Position numbers and translations under genes: made by a program | Shown: one piece after another, positions 53,501 through 64,000 of the stretch | How the letters are laid out: every line of letters begins with the position of its first letter | Position numbering within the stretch: the stretch's first letter is position 1 | The notes under the pieces: generated by a model | Database searches by the model: none | Told to the model about the DNA's origin: nothing | The model's input: only the letters and a program-made list of their open reading frames with translations | Assembly: GCA_030390025.1 (NCBI GenBank) | Contig: CM059432.1 | Location: 148,120,001 to 148,184,000, forward strand | Direction of reading: 5' to 3' | DNA: 64,000 nucleotides | Source: Squalus acanthias | Taxonomy: Eukaryota

Positions 53501-56500
53501 GTGATGGGAATCAGTGATGGGAATCAGTGATGGGAATCAGTGATGGGAATCAGTGATGGGAATCAGTGATGGGAATCAGTGATGGGAATCAGTGATGGGA
53601 ATCAGTGATGGGAATCAGTGATGGGAATCAGTGATGGGAATCAGTGATGGGAATCAGTGATGGGAATCAGTGATGGGGAATCAGTGATGGGAATCAGTGA
53701 TGGGAATCAGTGATGGGAATCAGTGATGGGAATCAGTGAATGGGGAATCAGTGATGGGAATCAGTGATGGGAATCAGTGATGGGAATCAGTGATGGGAAT
53801 CAGTGATGGGAATCAGTGATGGGAATCAGTGATGGGAATCAGTGATGGGAATCAGTGAATGGGGAATCAGTGATGGGAATCAGTGATGGGAATCAGTGAT
53901 GGGAATCAGTGATGGGAAATCAGTGATGGGAATCAGTGATGGGAATCAGTGATGGGAATCAGTGATGGGAATCAGTGATGGGAATCATTGATGGGAATCA
54001 GTGATGGGAATCAGTGATGGGAATCAGTGATGGGAATCAGTGATGGGAATCAGTGATGGGGAATCAGTGATGGGAATCAGTGATGGGAATCAGTGATGGG
54101 AATCAGTGATGGGAATCAGTGATGGGAATCAGTGATGGGAATCAGTGATGGGAATCAGTGATGGGAATCAGTGATGGGAATCAGTGATGGGAATCAGTGA
54201 TGGGAATCAGTGATGGGAATCAGTGATGGGAATCAGTGATGGGAATCAGTGATGGGAATCAGTGATGGGAATCAGTGATGGGAAATCAGTGATGGGAATC
54301 AGTGATGGGAATCAGTGATGGGGAATCAGTGATGGGAAATCAGTGATGGGAATCAGTGATGGGAAATCAGTGATGGGAATCAGTGATGGGGAATCAGTGA
54401 TGGGAATCAGTGATGGGAATCAGTGATGGGAATCAGTGATGGGAATCAGTGATGGGAATCAGTGATGGGAATCAGTGATGGGAAATCAGTGATGGGAATC
54501 AGTGATGGGAATCAGTGATGGGAATCAGTGATGGGAATCAGTGATGGGAATCAGTGATGGAAATCAGTGATGGGAATCAGTGATGGGGAATCAGTGATGG
54601 GAATCAGTGATGGGAATCAGTGATGGGAATCAGTGATGGGAATCAGTGATGGGAAATCAGTGATGGGAATCAGTGATGGGAATCAGTGATGGGAATCAGT
54701 GATGGGGAATCAGTGATGGGAATCAGTGATGGGAATCAGTGATGGGAATCAGTGATGGGAATCAGTGATGGGAATCAGTGATGGGAATCAGTGATGGGGA
54801 ATCAGTGATGGGAATCAGTGATGGGAATCAGTGATGGGAAATCAGTGAATGGGGAATCAGTGATGGGAATCATTGATGGGAATCAGTGATGGGAAATCAG
54901 TGATGGGAATCAGTGATGGGAATCAGTGATGGGAATCAGTGATGGGAAATCAGTGATGGGAATCAGTGATGGGAATCAGTGATGGGAATCAGTGATGGGA
55001 ATCAGTGATGGGAATCAGTGATGGGAATCAGTGATGGGAATCAGTGATGGGAATCAGTGATGGAAATCAGTGATGGGAATCAGTGATGGGAAATCAGTGA
55101 ATGGGGAATCAGTGATGGGAATCAGTGATGGGAAATCAGTGAATGGGGAATCAGTGATGGGAAATCAGTGATGGGAAATCAGTGATGGGAATCAGTGATG
55201 GGAATCAGTGATGGGAATCATTGATGGGAATCAGTGATGGGAATCAGTGATGGGAATCAGTGATGGGAATCAGTGATGGGAATCAGTGATGGGGAATCAG
55301 TGATGGGAATCAGTGATGGGAATCAGTGATGGGAATCAGTGATGGGAATCAGTGATGGGAATCAGTGATGGGAATCAGTGAATGGGGAATCAGTGATGGG
55401 GAATCAGTGATGGGAATCATTGATGGGAATCAGTGATGGGAATCAGTGATGGGAATCAGTGATGGGAATCAGTGATGGGGAATCAGTGATGGGAATCAGT
55501 GATGGGGAATCAGTGATGGGAATCAGTGATGGGAATCAGTGATGGGAATCAGTGATGGGAATCAGTGATGGGAATCAGTGATGGGAATCAGTGATGGGAA
55601 TCAGTGATGGGGAATCAGTGATGGGAATCAGTGAATGGGGAATCAGTGATGGGAATCAGTGATGGGAATCAGTGATGGGGAATCAGTGATGGGGAATCAG
55701 TGATGGGGAATCAGTGATGGGAATCAGTGATGGGAATCAGTGATGGGGAATCAGTGAGGGGAATCAGTGATGGGAATCAGTGATGGGGAATCAGTGATGG
55801 GGAATCAGTGATGGGAATCAGTGATGGTAATCAGTGATGGGAATCAGTGATGGGAATCAGTGATGGGAATCAGTGAATGGGGAATCAGGATGGAATCAGT
55901 GATGGGAATCAGTGATGGGAAATCAGTGATGGGAATCAGTGATGGGAATCAGTGATGGGGAATCAGTGATGGGAATCAGTGATGGGAATCAGTGATGGGG
56001 AATCAGTGATGGGAATCAGTGATGGGAATCAGTGATGGGAATCAGTGATGGGAATCAGTGATGGGAATCAGTGATGGGAATCAGTGATGGGAATCAGTGA
56101 TGGGAATCAGTGATGGGAATCAGTGATGGGAATCAGTGATGGGAATCAGTGATGGGAATCAGTGATGGGAATCAGTGATGGGAATCAGTGATGGGAATCA
56201 GTGATGGGAATCAGTGATGGGAATCAGTGATGGGAATCAGTGATGGGAATCAGTGATGGGAATCAGTGATGGGAATCAGTGATGGGAATCAGTGATGGGA
56301 ATCAGTGATGGGAATCAGTGATGGGGAATCAGTGATGGGAATCAGTGATGGGAATCAGTGATGGGAATCAGTGATGGGAATCAGTGATGGGAATCAGTGA
56401 TGGGAATCAGTGATGGGAATCAGTGATGGGAATCAGTGATGGGAATCAGTGATGGGAATCAGTGATGGGAATCAGTGATGGGAATCAGTGATGGGAATCA

Positions 56501-59500
56501 GTGATGGGAATCAGTGATGGAATCAGTGATGGGAATCAGTGATGGGAATCAGTGATGGGAATCAGTGATGGGAATCAGTGATGGGAATCAGTGATGGAAT
56601 CAGTGATCAGTGATGGGAATCAGTGATGGGAATCAGTGATGGGAATCAGTGATGGGAATCAGTGATGGGGAATCAGTGATGGGAATCAGTGATGGGAATC
56701 AGTGATGGAATCAGTGATGGGAAATCAGTGATGGGAATCAGTGATGGGAATCAGTGATGGGAATCAGTGATGGGAATCAGTGATGGGAATCAGTGATGGG
56801 AATCAGTGATGGGAATCAGTGATGGGAATCAGTGATGGGAATCAGTGATGGGAATCAGTGATGGGAATCAGTGATGGGAATCAGTGATGGGAATCAGTGA
56901 TGGGAATCAGTGATGGGAATCAGTGATGGGAATCAGTGATGGGAATCAGTGATGGGAATCAGTGATGGGAATCAGTGATGGGAATCAGTGATGGGAATCA
57001 GTGATGGGAATCAGTGATGGGGAATCAGTGATGGGAATCAGTGATGGGAATCAGTGATGGGAATCAGTGATGGGAATCAGTGATGGGAATCAGTGATGGG
57101 AATCAGTGATGGGGAATCAGTGATGGGAATCAGTGATGGGAATCAGTGATGGGGAATCAGTGATGGGGAATCAGTGATGGGAATCAGTGATGGGAATCAG
57201 TGATGGGGAATCAGTGATGGGAATCAGTGATGGGAATCAGTGATGGGGAATCAGTGATGGGGAATCAGTGATGGGAATCAGTGATGGGAATCAGTGATGG
57301 GAATCAGTGATGGGAATCAGTGATGGGAATCAGTGATGGGAATCAGTGATGGGAATCAGTGATGGGAATCAGTGATGGGGAATCAGTGATGGGGAATCAG
57401 TGATGGGAATCAGTGATGGGAATCAGTGATGGGGAATCAGTGATGGGAATCAGTGATGGGAATCAGTGATGGGAATCAGTGATGGGAATCAGTGATGGGA
57501 ATCAGTGATGGGAATCAGTGATGGGAATCAGTGATGGGAATCAGTGATGGGGAATCAGTGATGGGAATCAGTGATGGGGAATCAGTGATGGGAATCAGTG
57601 ATGGGAATCAGTGAATGGGGAATCAGTGATGGGAATCAGTGATGGGGAATCAGTGATGGGAATCAGTGATGGGAATCAGTGATGGGAATCAGTGATGGGA
57701 ATCAGTGATGGGAATCAGTGATGGGAATCAGTGATGGGAATCAGTGATGGGGAATCAGTGATGGGAATCAGTGATGGGGAATCAGTGATGGGAATCAGTG
57801 ATGGGAATCAGTGATGGGAATCAGTGATGGGAATCAGTGATGGGGAATCAGTGATGGGGAATCAGTGATGGGAATCAGTGATGGGAATCAGTGATGGGAA
57901 TCAGTGATGGGAATCAGTGATGGGGAATCAGTGATGGGGAATCAGTGATGGGAATCAGTGATGGGAATCAGTGATGGGAATCAGTGATGGGAATCAGTGA
58001 TGGGAAATCAGTGAATGGGAAATCAGTGATGGGGAATCAGTGATGGGAATCAGTGATGGGAAACTGTGATGGGAAATCAGTGATGGGAAATCAGTGATGG
58101 GAATCAGTGATGGGGAATCAGTGATGGGAAATCAGTGATGGGGAATCAGTGATGGGAATCAGTGATGGGAATCAGTGATGGGGAATCAGTGATGGGAATC
58201 AGTGATGGGAATCAGTGATGGGAATCAGTGATGGGGAATCAGTGATGGGGAATCAGTGATGGGAATCAGTGATGGGAATCAGTGATGGGAATCAGTGATG
58301 GGGAATCAGTGATGGGGAATCAGTGATGGGAATCAGTGAATGGGGAATCAGTGATGGGAAATCAGTGATGGGAATCAGTGATGGGAATCAGTGATGGGAA
58401 TCAGTGATGGGAATCAGTGATGAGGAATCAGTGAATGGGGAATCAGTGATGGGAATCAGTGAATGGGGAATCAGTGATGGGGAATCAGTGAATGGGGAAT
58501 CAGTGATGGGAATCAGTGAATGGGGAATCAGTGATGGGAATCAGTGATGGGGAATCAGTGAATGGGGAATCAGTGATGGGGAATCAGTGATGAGGAATCA
58601 GTGATCGGAATCAGTGATGGGGAAACAGTGAATGGGAAATCAGTGATGGGAATCAGTGATGGGGAATCAGTGATGAGGAATCAGTGATGGGAATCAGTGA
58701 TGGGGAATCAGTGAATGGGAAATCAGTGATGGGAATCAGTGATGAAGAATCAGTGAATGGGGAATCAGTGATGGGAATCAGTGATGGGGAATCAGTGAAT
58801 GGGGAATCAGTGATGAGGAATCAGTGAATGGGGAATCAGTGATGGGGAATCAGTGAATGGGGAATCAGTGATGGGGAATCAGTGATGGGGAATCAGTGAA
58901 TGGGGAATCAGTGATCGGAATCAGTGAATGGGGAATCAGTGATGGGAATCAGTGAATGGGGAATCAGTGATGGGAATCAGTGAATGGGGAATCAGTGATG
59001 GGGAATCAGTGAATGGGGAATCAGTGATGGGGAATCAGTGATGGGGAATCAGTGAATGGGGAATCAGTGATGAGGAATCAGTGATGGGGAATCAGTGATG
59101 GGGAATCAGTGAATGGGGAATCAGTGATGGGAATCAGTGATGGGAATCAGTGATGGGGAATCAGTGATGGGGAATCAGTGATGGGAATCAGTGATAGGAA
59201 TCAGTGATGGGGAATCAGTGAATGGGGAATCAGTGATGGGAATCAGTGATAGGAATCAGTGATGGGAATCAGTGATAGGAATCAGTGAATGGGGAATCAG
59301 TGATGGGAATCAGTGATGGGGAATCAGTGATGGAAATCAGTGATGGGAAATCAGTGATGGGAATCAGTGATGGGGAATCAGTGATGGGGAATCAGTGATG
59401 GGAATCAGTGATAGGAATCAGTGATGGGAATCAGTGATGGGAATCAGTGATAGGAATCAGTGATGGGAATCAGTGATAGGAATCAGTGAATGGGGAATCA

Positions 59501-61260
59501 GTGATGGGAATCAGTGATGGGGAATCAGTGATGGAAATCAGTGATGGGAAATCAGTGATGGGAATCAGTGATGGGGAATCAGTGATGGGGAATCAGTGAT
59601 GGGAATCAGTGATAGGAATCAGTGATGGGAATCAGTGATAGGAATCAGTGATGGGGAATCAGTGATGGGGAATCAGTGATGGGAATCAGTGATAGGAATC
59701 AGTGATGGGAATCAGTGATAGGAATCAGTGAATGGGGAATCAGTGATGGGAATCAGTGATGGGGAATCAGTGATGGGAAATCAGTGATGGGAAATCAGTG
59801 ATGGGAATCAGTGATGGGGAATCAGTGATGGGGAATCAGTGATGGGAATCAGTGATAGGAATCAGTGATGGGAATCAGTGATAGGAATCAGTGAATGGGG
59901 AATCAGTGATGGGAATCAGTGATGGGGAATCAGTGATGGGAATCAGTGATGGGAATCAGTGATAGGAATCAGTGAATGGGGAATCAGTGATGGGGAATCA
60001 GTGATGGGAATCAGTGATGGGAATCAGTGATGGGAATCAGTGATGGGAAATCAGTGATGGGGAATCAGTGATGGGGAATCAGTGATGGGAATCAGTGATG
60101 GGAATCAGTGAATGGGGAATCAGTGATGGGGAATCAGTGATGGGAATCAGTGATGGGGAATCAGTGATGGGAATCAGTGATGGGGAATCAGTGATGGGAA
60201 TCAGTGATGGGAATCAGTGATGGGAATCAGTGATGGGAAATCAGTGATGGGAATCAGTGATGGGGAATCAGTGATGGGAATCAGTGATGGGGAATCAGTG
60301 ATGGGAATCAGTGATGGGAATCAGTGATAGGAATCAGTGAATGGGAAATCAGTGATGGGAATCAGTGATGGGGAATCAGTGATGGAAATCAGTGATGGGA
60401 AATCAGTGATGGGAATCAGTGATGGGAATCAGTGATGGGAATCAGTGATGGGAATCAGTGATGGAAATCAGTGATGGAAATCAGTGAATGGGGAATCAGT
60501 GATGGGAATCAGTGATGGGGAATCAGTGATGGGAATCAGTGATGGGGAATCAGTGATGGGAATCAGTGATGGGAATCAGTGATGGAAATCAGTGAATGGG
60601 GAATCAGTGATGGGAATCAGTGATGGGGAATCAGTGATGGGAATCAGTGATGGGGAATCAGTGATGGGAATCAGTGATGGGAAATCAGTGATGGGAATCA
60701 GTGATGGGGAATCAGTGATGGGAATCAGTGATGGGGAATCAGTGATGGGAATCAGTGATGGGAATCAGTGATAGGAATCAGTGAATGGGAAATCAGTGAT
60801 GGGAATCAGTGATGGGGAATCAGTGATGGGAATCAGTGATGGGGAATCAGTGATGGGAATCAGTGATGGGAAATCAGTGATGGGGAATCAGTGATGGGGA
60901 ATCAGTGATGGGAATCAGTGATGGGAAATCAGTGATGGGGAATCAGTGATGGGGAATCAGTGATGGGAATCAGTGATGGGAAATCAGTGATGGGGAATCA
61001 GTGATGGGGAATCAGTGATGGGAATCAGTGATGGAAATCAGTGATGGGAATCAGAGATGGGAATCAGTGAATGGGGAATCAGTGATGGGAATCAGTGATG
61101 GGGAATCAGTGATGGGAATCAGTGAATGGGGAATCAGTGATGAGGAATCAGTGATGGGGAATCAGTGATGGGGAATCAGTGAATGGGGAATCAGTGATGG
61201 TAAATCAGTGATGGGAATCAGTGATGGGGAATCAGTGATGGGGAATCCGTGAATGGGGAA
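41566..61260 (+). repeat. 13-bp satellite (GGGAATCAGTGAT)n, ~19.7 kb, with 14/15-bp variants
   Basis: Continuous tandem array, roughly 1400-1500 units estimated from length; variants GGGG, GAAA, TGAAT, TTATGAGG, GATAGG; degenerate flanks 40990-41565 and 61260-61490. Confidence 0.99.
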
Positions 61261-61980
61261 TCTGAGGTGTAGAATCAACAACAGAAAAGTTGTGATCAAG
61301 AATCTGTGACAGGGAATTTGTGGTGGAGAGCCTGTGATGTAGATTCTGTGTTGTAGATTTTCTGATGGGGAATCCATGCTGGAGAAATTGTAAATAGACT
61401 ATCCGTGAATGGATTATCTGCAATTGATAATCTGTGATAGATAATCTGCCACATAGAATCTATGATAGGAACCTGTTAATGTAATCTGTTACGCCGTAGC
61501 TGTGAAATTCGGCACCTTAGCGCCGGCTGTAAAGGCCGGATTCGGCAAAAAATGGTGGCTGTCTCGCTTCCACCCACGTGGCTCGCGGCAGCCGCCACTT
61601 TGGCCAGGTCAGCAGCGCGACCGTTGCCTGCATTCGCTAGAAAAATGGTAATGAGGCAGATCGTGACATCTGTTCGCAACGCTGATTTGACGCACAGCCG
61701 GCCATTTTCGGCATCGCCGCTCCATTCAACGCCCTCTCCAAAACGTGAACAGCTGAACGTTAGGTCAACTGCACGAGGAACTCCCACCAGCGCTATTTCA
61801 AGGAATCAGCAACAACTTGCAGCTGACTTGCCTGTCATTACTACTGGCTCTGTGTAAGTTTGTGCAACAGTTTGGAGCTTTCTACCGTTATTTGAAGTTG
61901 GTGACAGGGAGTGGTGTTGCAAGTGGAGAAGGCCTTGCTTCTGATTTCAAGGGTTCTGCTCAAACCACTTGCTCCCAGTC

Positions 61981-63103
61981 ATGGGGACTCTACTTGCAGT
62001 CCACCTCACACTTAACTATGACAGGGAGATGGAGCAGAAGCAGCAAAGAAGAGATCAAGCTGCTCAAAGTGGGAGGAGAAGGAGGGACAGAAGAGTTCTC
62101 AGCAGGACGCCTTACCCAACTGAGGTCTTCCAAGAGCACTTCCCCGACCTGCACTTAAGCCAGGAGCAGTGTATTTGGAGGTTTCGTTTCACCAAGGAGG
62201 CAGTCACAGAACTCTGCCACCTCCTGGTCCCAGACATGCAACCTTAGAGCAGGGCGCCGACGGCACTGCCAGTGGCCCTCATTTTTTCGTCAATGGGTCC
62301 TTCCAGTCTGGAGCAGGAGATACAGCTAACATCTCCCAGTTCGCCCTCCATCGCTGCATCCAGGAAGTGACAGAGGTTCTGTACTCCAAGAGAAGGGACT
62401 TCGTTGTCTTCTCTCTGAAAAGAGAGAAGCAGGAGGCGCACGCGCATGTGGCTTTGCCAAGATATCGGGCTTCCCCATAGCGCAGGGCGCCATCGACTGC
62501 ACAGACATTGCTTTGCGGGCGCTGCATATCAATCCTCAGATGAACTGCAACCACATAGGCTACCACTCACTTAATGTGCACATCACGATGGTGAATGCCC
62601 GGTATCCTGGCAGCAGTCATGATGCCTTCATCCTGCGCCAGTCAGATGTGCCAGCAATCTTCCAGCCACCATGTCGAACCCGAGGGTGGCTGCTCAGAGA
62701 CAAGGGCTTTCCATTCTACACCTGGTTGATGACTCCCCTCCGCAACCCCACCACTCCTGGCCAACAATCATATAATGAGAGCCATGCTGCCATGAAGAAC
62801 CTCATCGAGCAGACCATCAGGGTGCTCAAGCAACGGTTCCGCTGTCTTGACTGCTCGGGAGGAGCCCTCCTGTACTCGCCGGAGCGGGTGTCCCATTTCG
62901 TGGGGGTCTGCTGCATCCTCCACAACTTGGCCATCATGAGGGTGCAGCTCTTCCCACCACGGGTTCCACGACCACCTCAGAAGGAGGAGGAGGAGGCAGA
63001 AAGGGTGGAGGAAGAGGAGGAGGAGGAAGGGAGGAGACAGGCAGCAGATCCCCATTCTGGAGAGGCTGTCCATGAGCGCCTCATCAGAATCCGGTTCCCC
63101 TGA
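61981..63103 (+). pseudogene. Harbinger (HARBI1-like) DDE transposase, frameshifted
   Basis: MGTLLAVHL..CIWRFRFTKEAVTELC; GFPIAQGAIDCTDI; GYHSLNV; ARYPGSSHDAFIL; LRDKGF; IEQTIRVLKQRFRCL; CCILHNLAI; Glu-rich tail. Confidence 0.93.
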
Positions 63104-63257
63104 ATGAATCCCCAGATCCCATTGCTCATCACTTCCTCACCTTACCATTCCTACAGCATCCTCCTGGGCACAAAGCTGAAAATGAGAGCCACCACAAGAC
63201 AAACATTCTAAACATCATTTATAAATTAATCAATCGAAAATTACACAACAAAGTGAA

Positions 63258-64000
63258 CTAATCACCCTTGTGCATTCCCGTAGTGTCTGTATTTCATGTT
63301 CCTTTGCCAACTCTAGTGTTCCTACGCAGTGCTACCCCAGTGGATGATGGAAGGCTGCTGATTTTCTGTGGGGGACACTGCAGATGGCCTTGCAGGACGG
63401 CCTCGAGCAGTTCTGGGCCTGGAACACCCGGAAGTAGACTGCACCACCTCAGCATGGGCGGCAGCAGTCTGGGCTGGCTGGCTGACAGGCAGCAGCAAGG
63501 GCACTGGCGGAGTGGCAGGGGTGAGCGGATGAATGCTGTCATCCTGAGAGACGAAGGAGCAGCGCTCCGAAAGCTTGTGATTTCAAATAAAACTGTTGGA
63601 CTATAACCTGGTGTTGTGCAACTTCTCACATTTATCCTGAGAGAGGACAGCAGGTTCTTGCTCCACGGAGCCACTGCCACTCCCCCGGGGCGGCGCCTCA
63701 GCAATCCTAGTAATCTGTTGAAGGACAGATTGCTGGACTGCTGTGAGACGCTGCAAGCCACTTTCCACACAAACAAACCCAGCTACAATGGCATCAGTTT
63801 GAGAATGCGTGGCAGCAAGCTGAGACTGCATGACAGAAGTCTGAGCTTCCAGTGCAGCACTCAGACGTTGGGTCACTTCTGCTTCTGCTGCAATGGAAGC
63901 TGCGACATCGCCCATCACACCCAGCATCATGGTTGGGTCCACCTGGAAATCCTGGGCTCCAAGCTCTGCGCAAAGCCCGGTACAATGTTAGAGTTGGACT
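63258..64000 (-). pseudogene. Harbinger Myb/SANT gene, 3' exon
   Basis: DPTMMLGVMGDVAASIAAEAEVTQRLSAALEAQT closely matches the 9014-9274 peptide of copy 1. Confidence 0.8.
63551..63633 (+). mobile_element. Penelope pLTR fragment with truncated hammerhead
   Basis: 10-bp TSD ATCCTGAGAG (63541-63550, 63634-63643); ACGAAGGAGCAGCGCTCCGAAAGC; absent from the homologous site of copy 1 (~9350). Confidence 0.75.

Larger units (their letters stand above)
61499..64000. mobile_element. PIF/Harbinger transposon, runs off the window
   Basis: Terminus GCTGTGAAATTCGGCACCTTAGCGCCGGC homologous to copy 1 end; transposase on +, Myb gene 3' part on -. Confidence 0.85.

Noticed and set aside
41566..61260. Telomeric repeat or tet-operator array (ATCAGTGAT core)
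   Set aside because: Not TTAGGG and flanked by genomic DNA on both sides; the tetO match covers only the central core, and degenerate edges indicate a natural satellite
61981..63103. Host HARBI1 gene
   Set aside because: Frameshifted, multicopy within the window, and embedded in a transposon with a terminus and Myb partner

Overview
Eukaryotic, repeat-saturated window with no recognisable intact host gene. The repeat inventory (CR1 LINEs with (ATTCTATG)n tails, Deu-domain tRNA-SINEs, Penelope-like elements, PIF/Harbinger transposons) points to a vertebrate, most likely a cartilaginous fish (inference). Positions 1-41.5 kb are a nested transposon graveyard built around several decayed PIF/Harbinger DNA transposons. 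Their shared design is a HARBI1-like DDE transposase gene convergent with an intron-containing Myb/SANT gene; one copy (30630-36337) retains both termini. CR1 LINEs, a second LINE family, SINEs, Penelope pieces (one with a minimal hammerhead ribozyme), MITEs and a stop-free Gypsy integrase fragment are inserted into or around them. Two tandem arrays dominate: a 5.4-kb 37/39-bp minisatellite that expanded from the branch-point segment of intron 1 of a Harbinger Myb gene, and a ~19.7-kb 13-bp satellite (GGGAATCAGTGAT)n with a homogeneous core and eroded, TE-invaded edges. Element boundaries were read by eye; those without a stated TSD or TIR are approximate.
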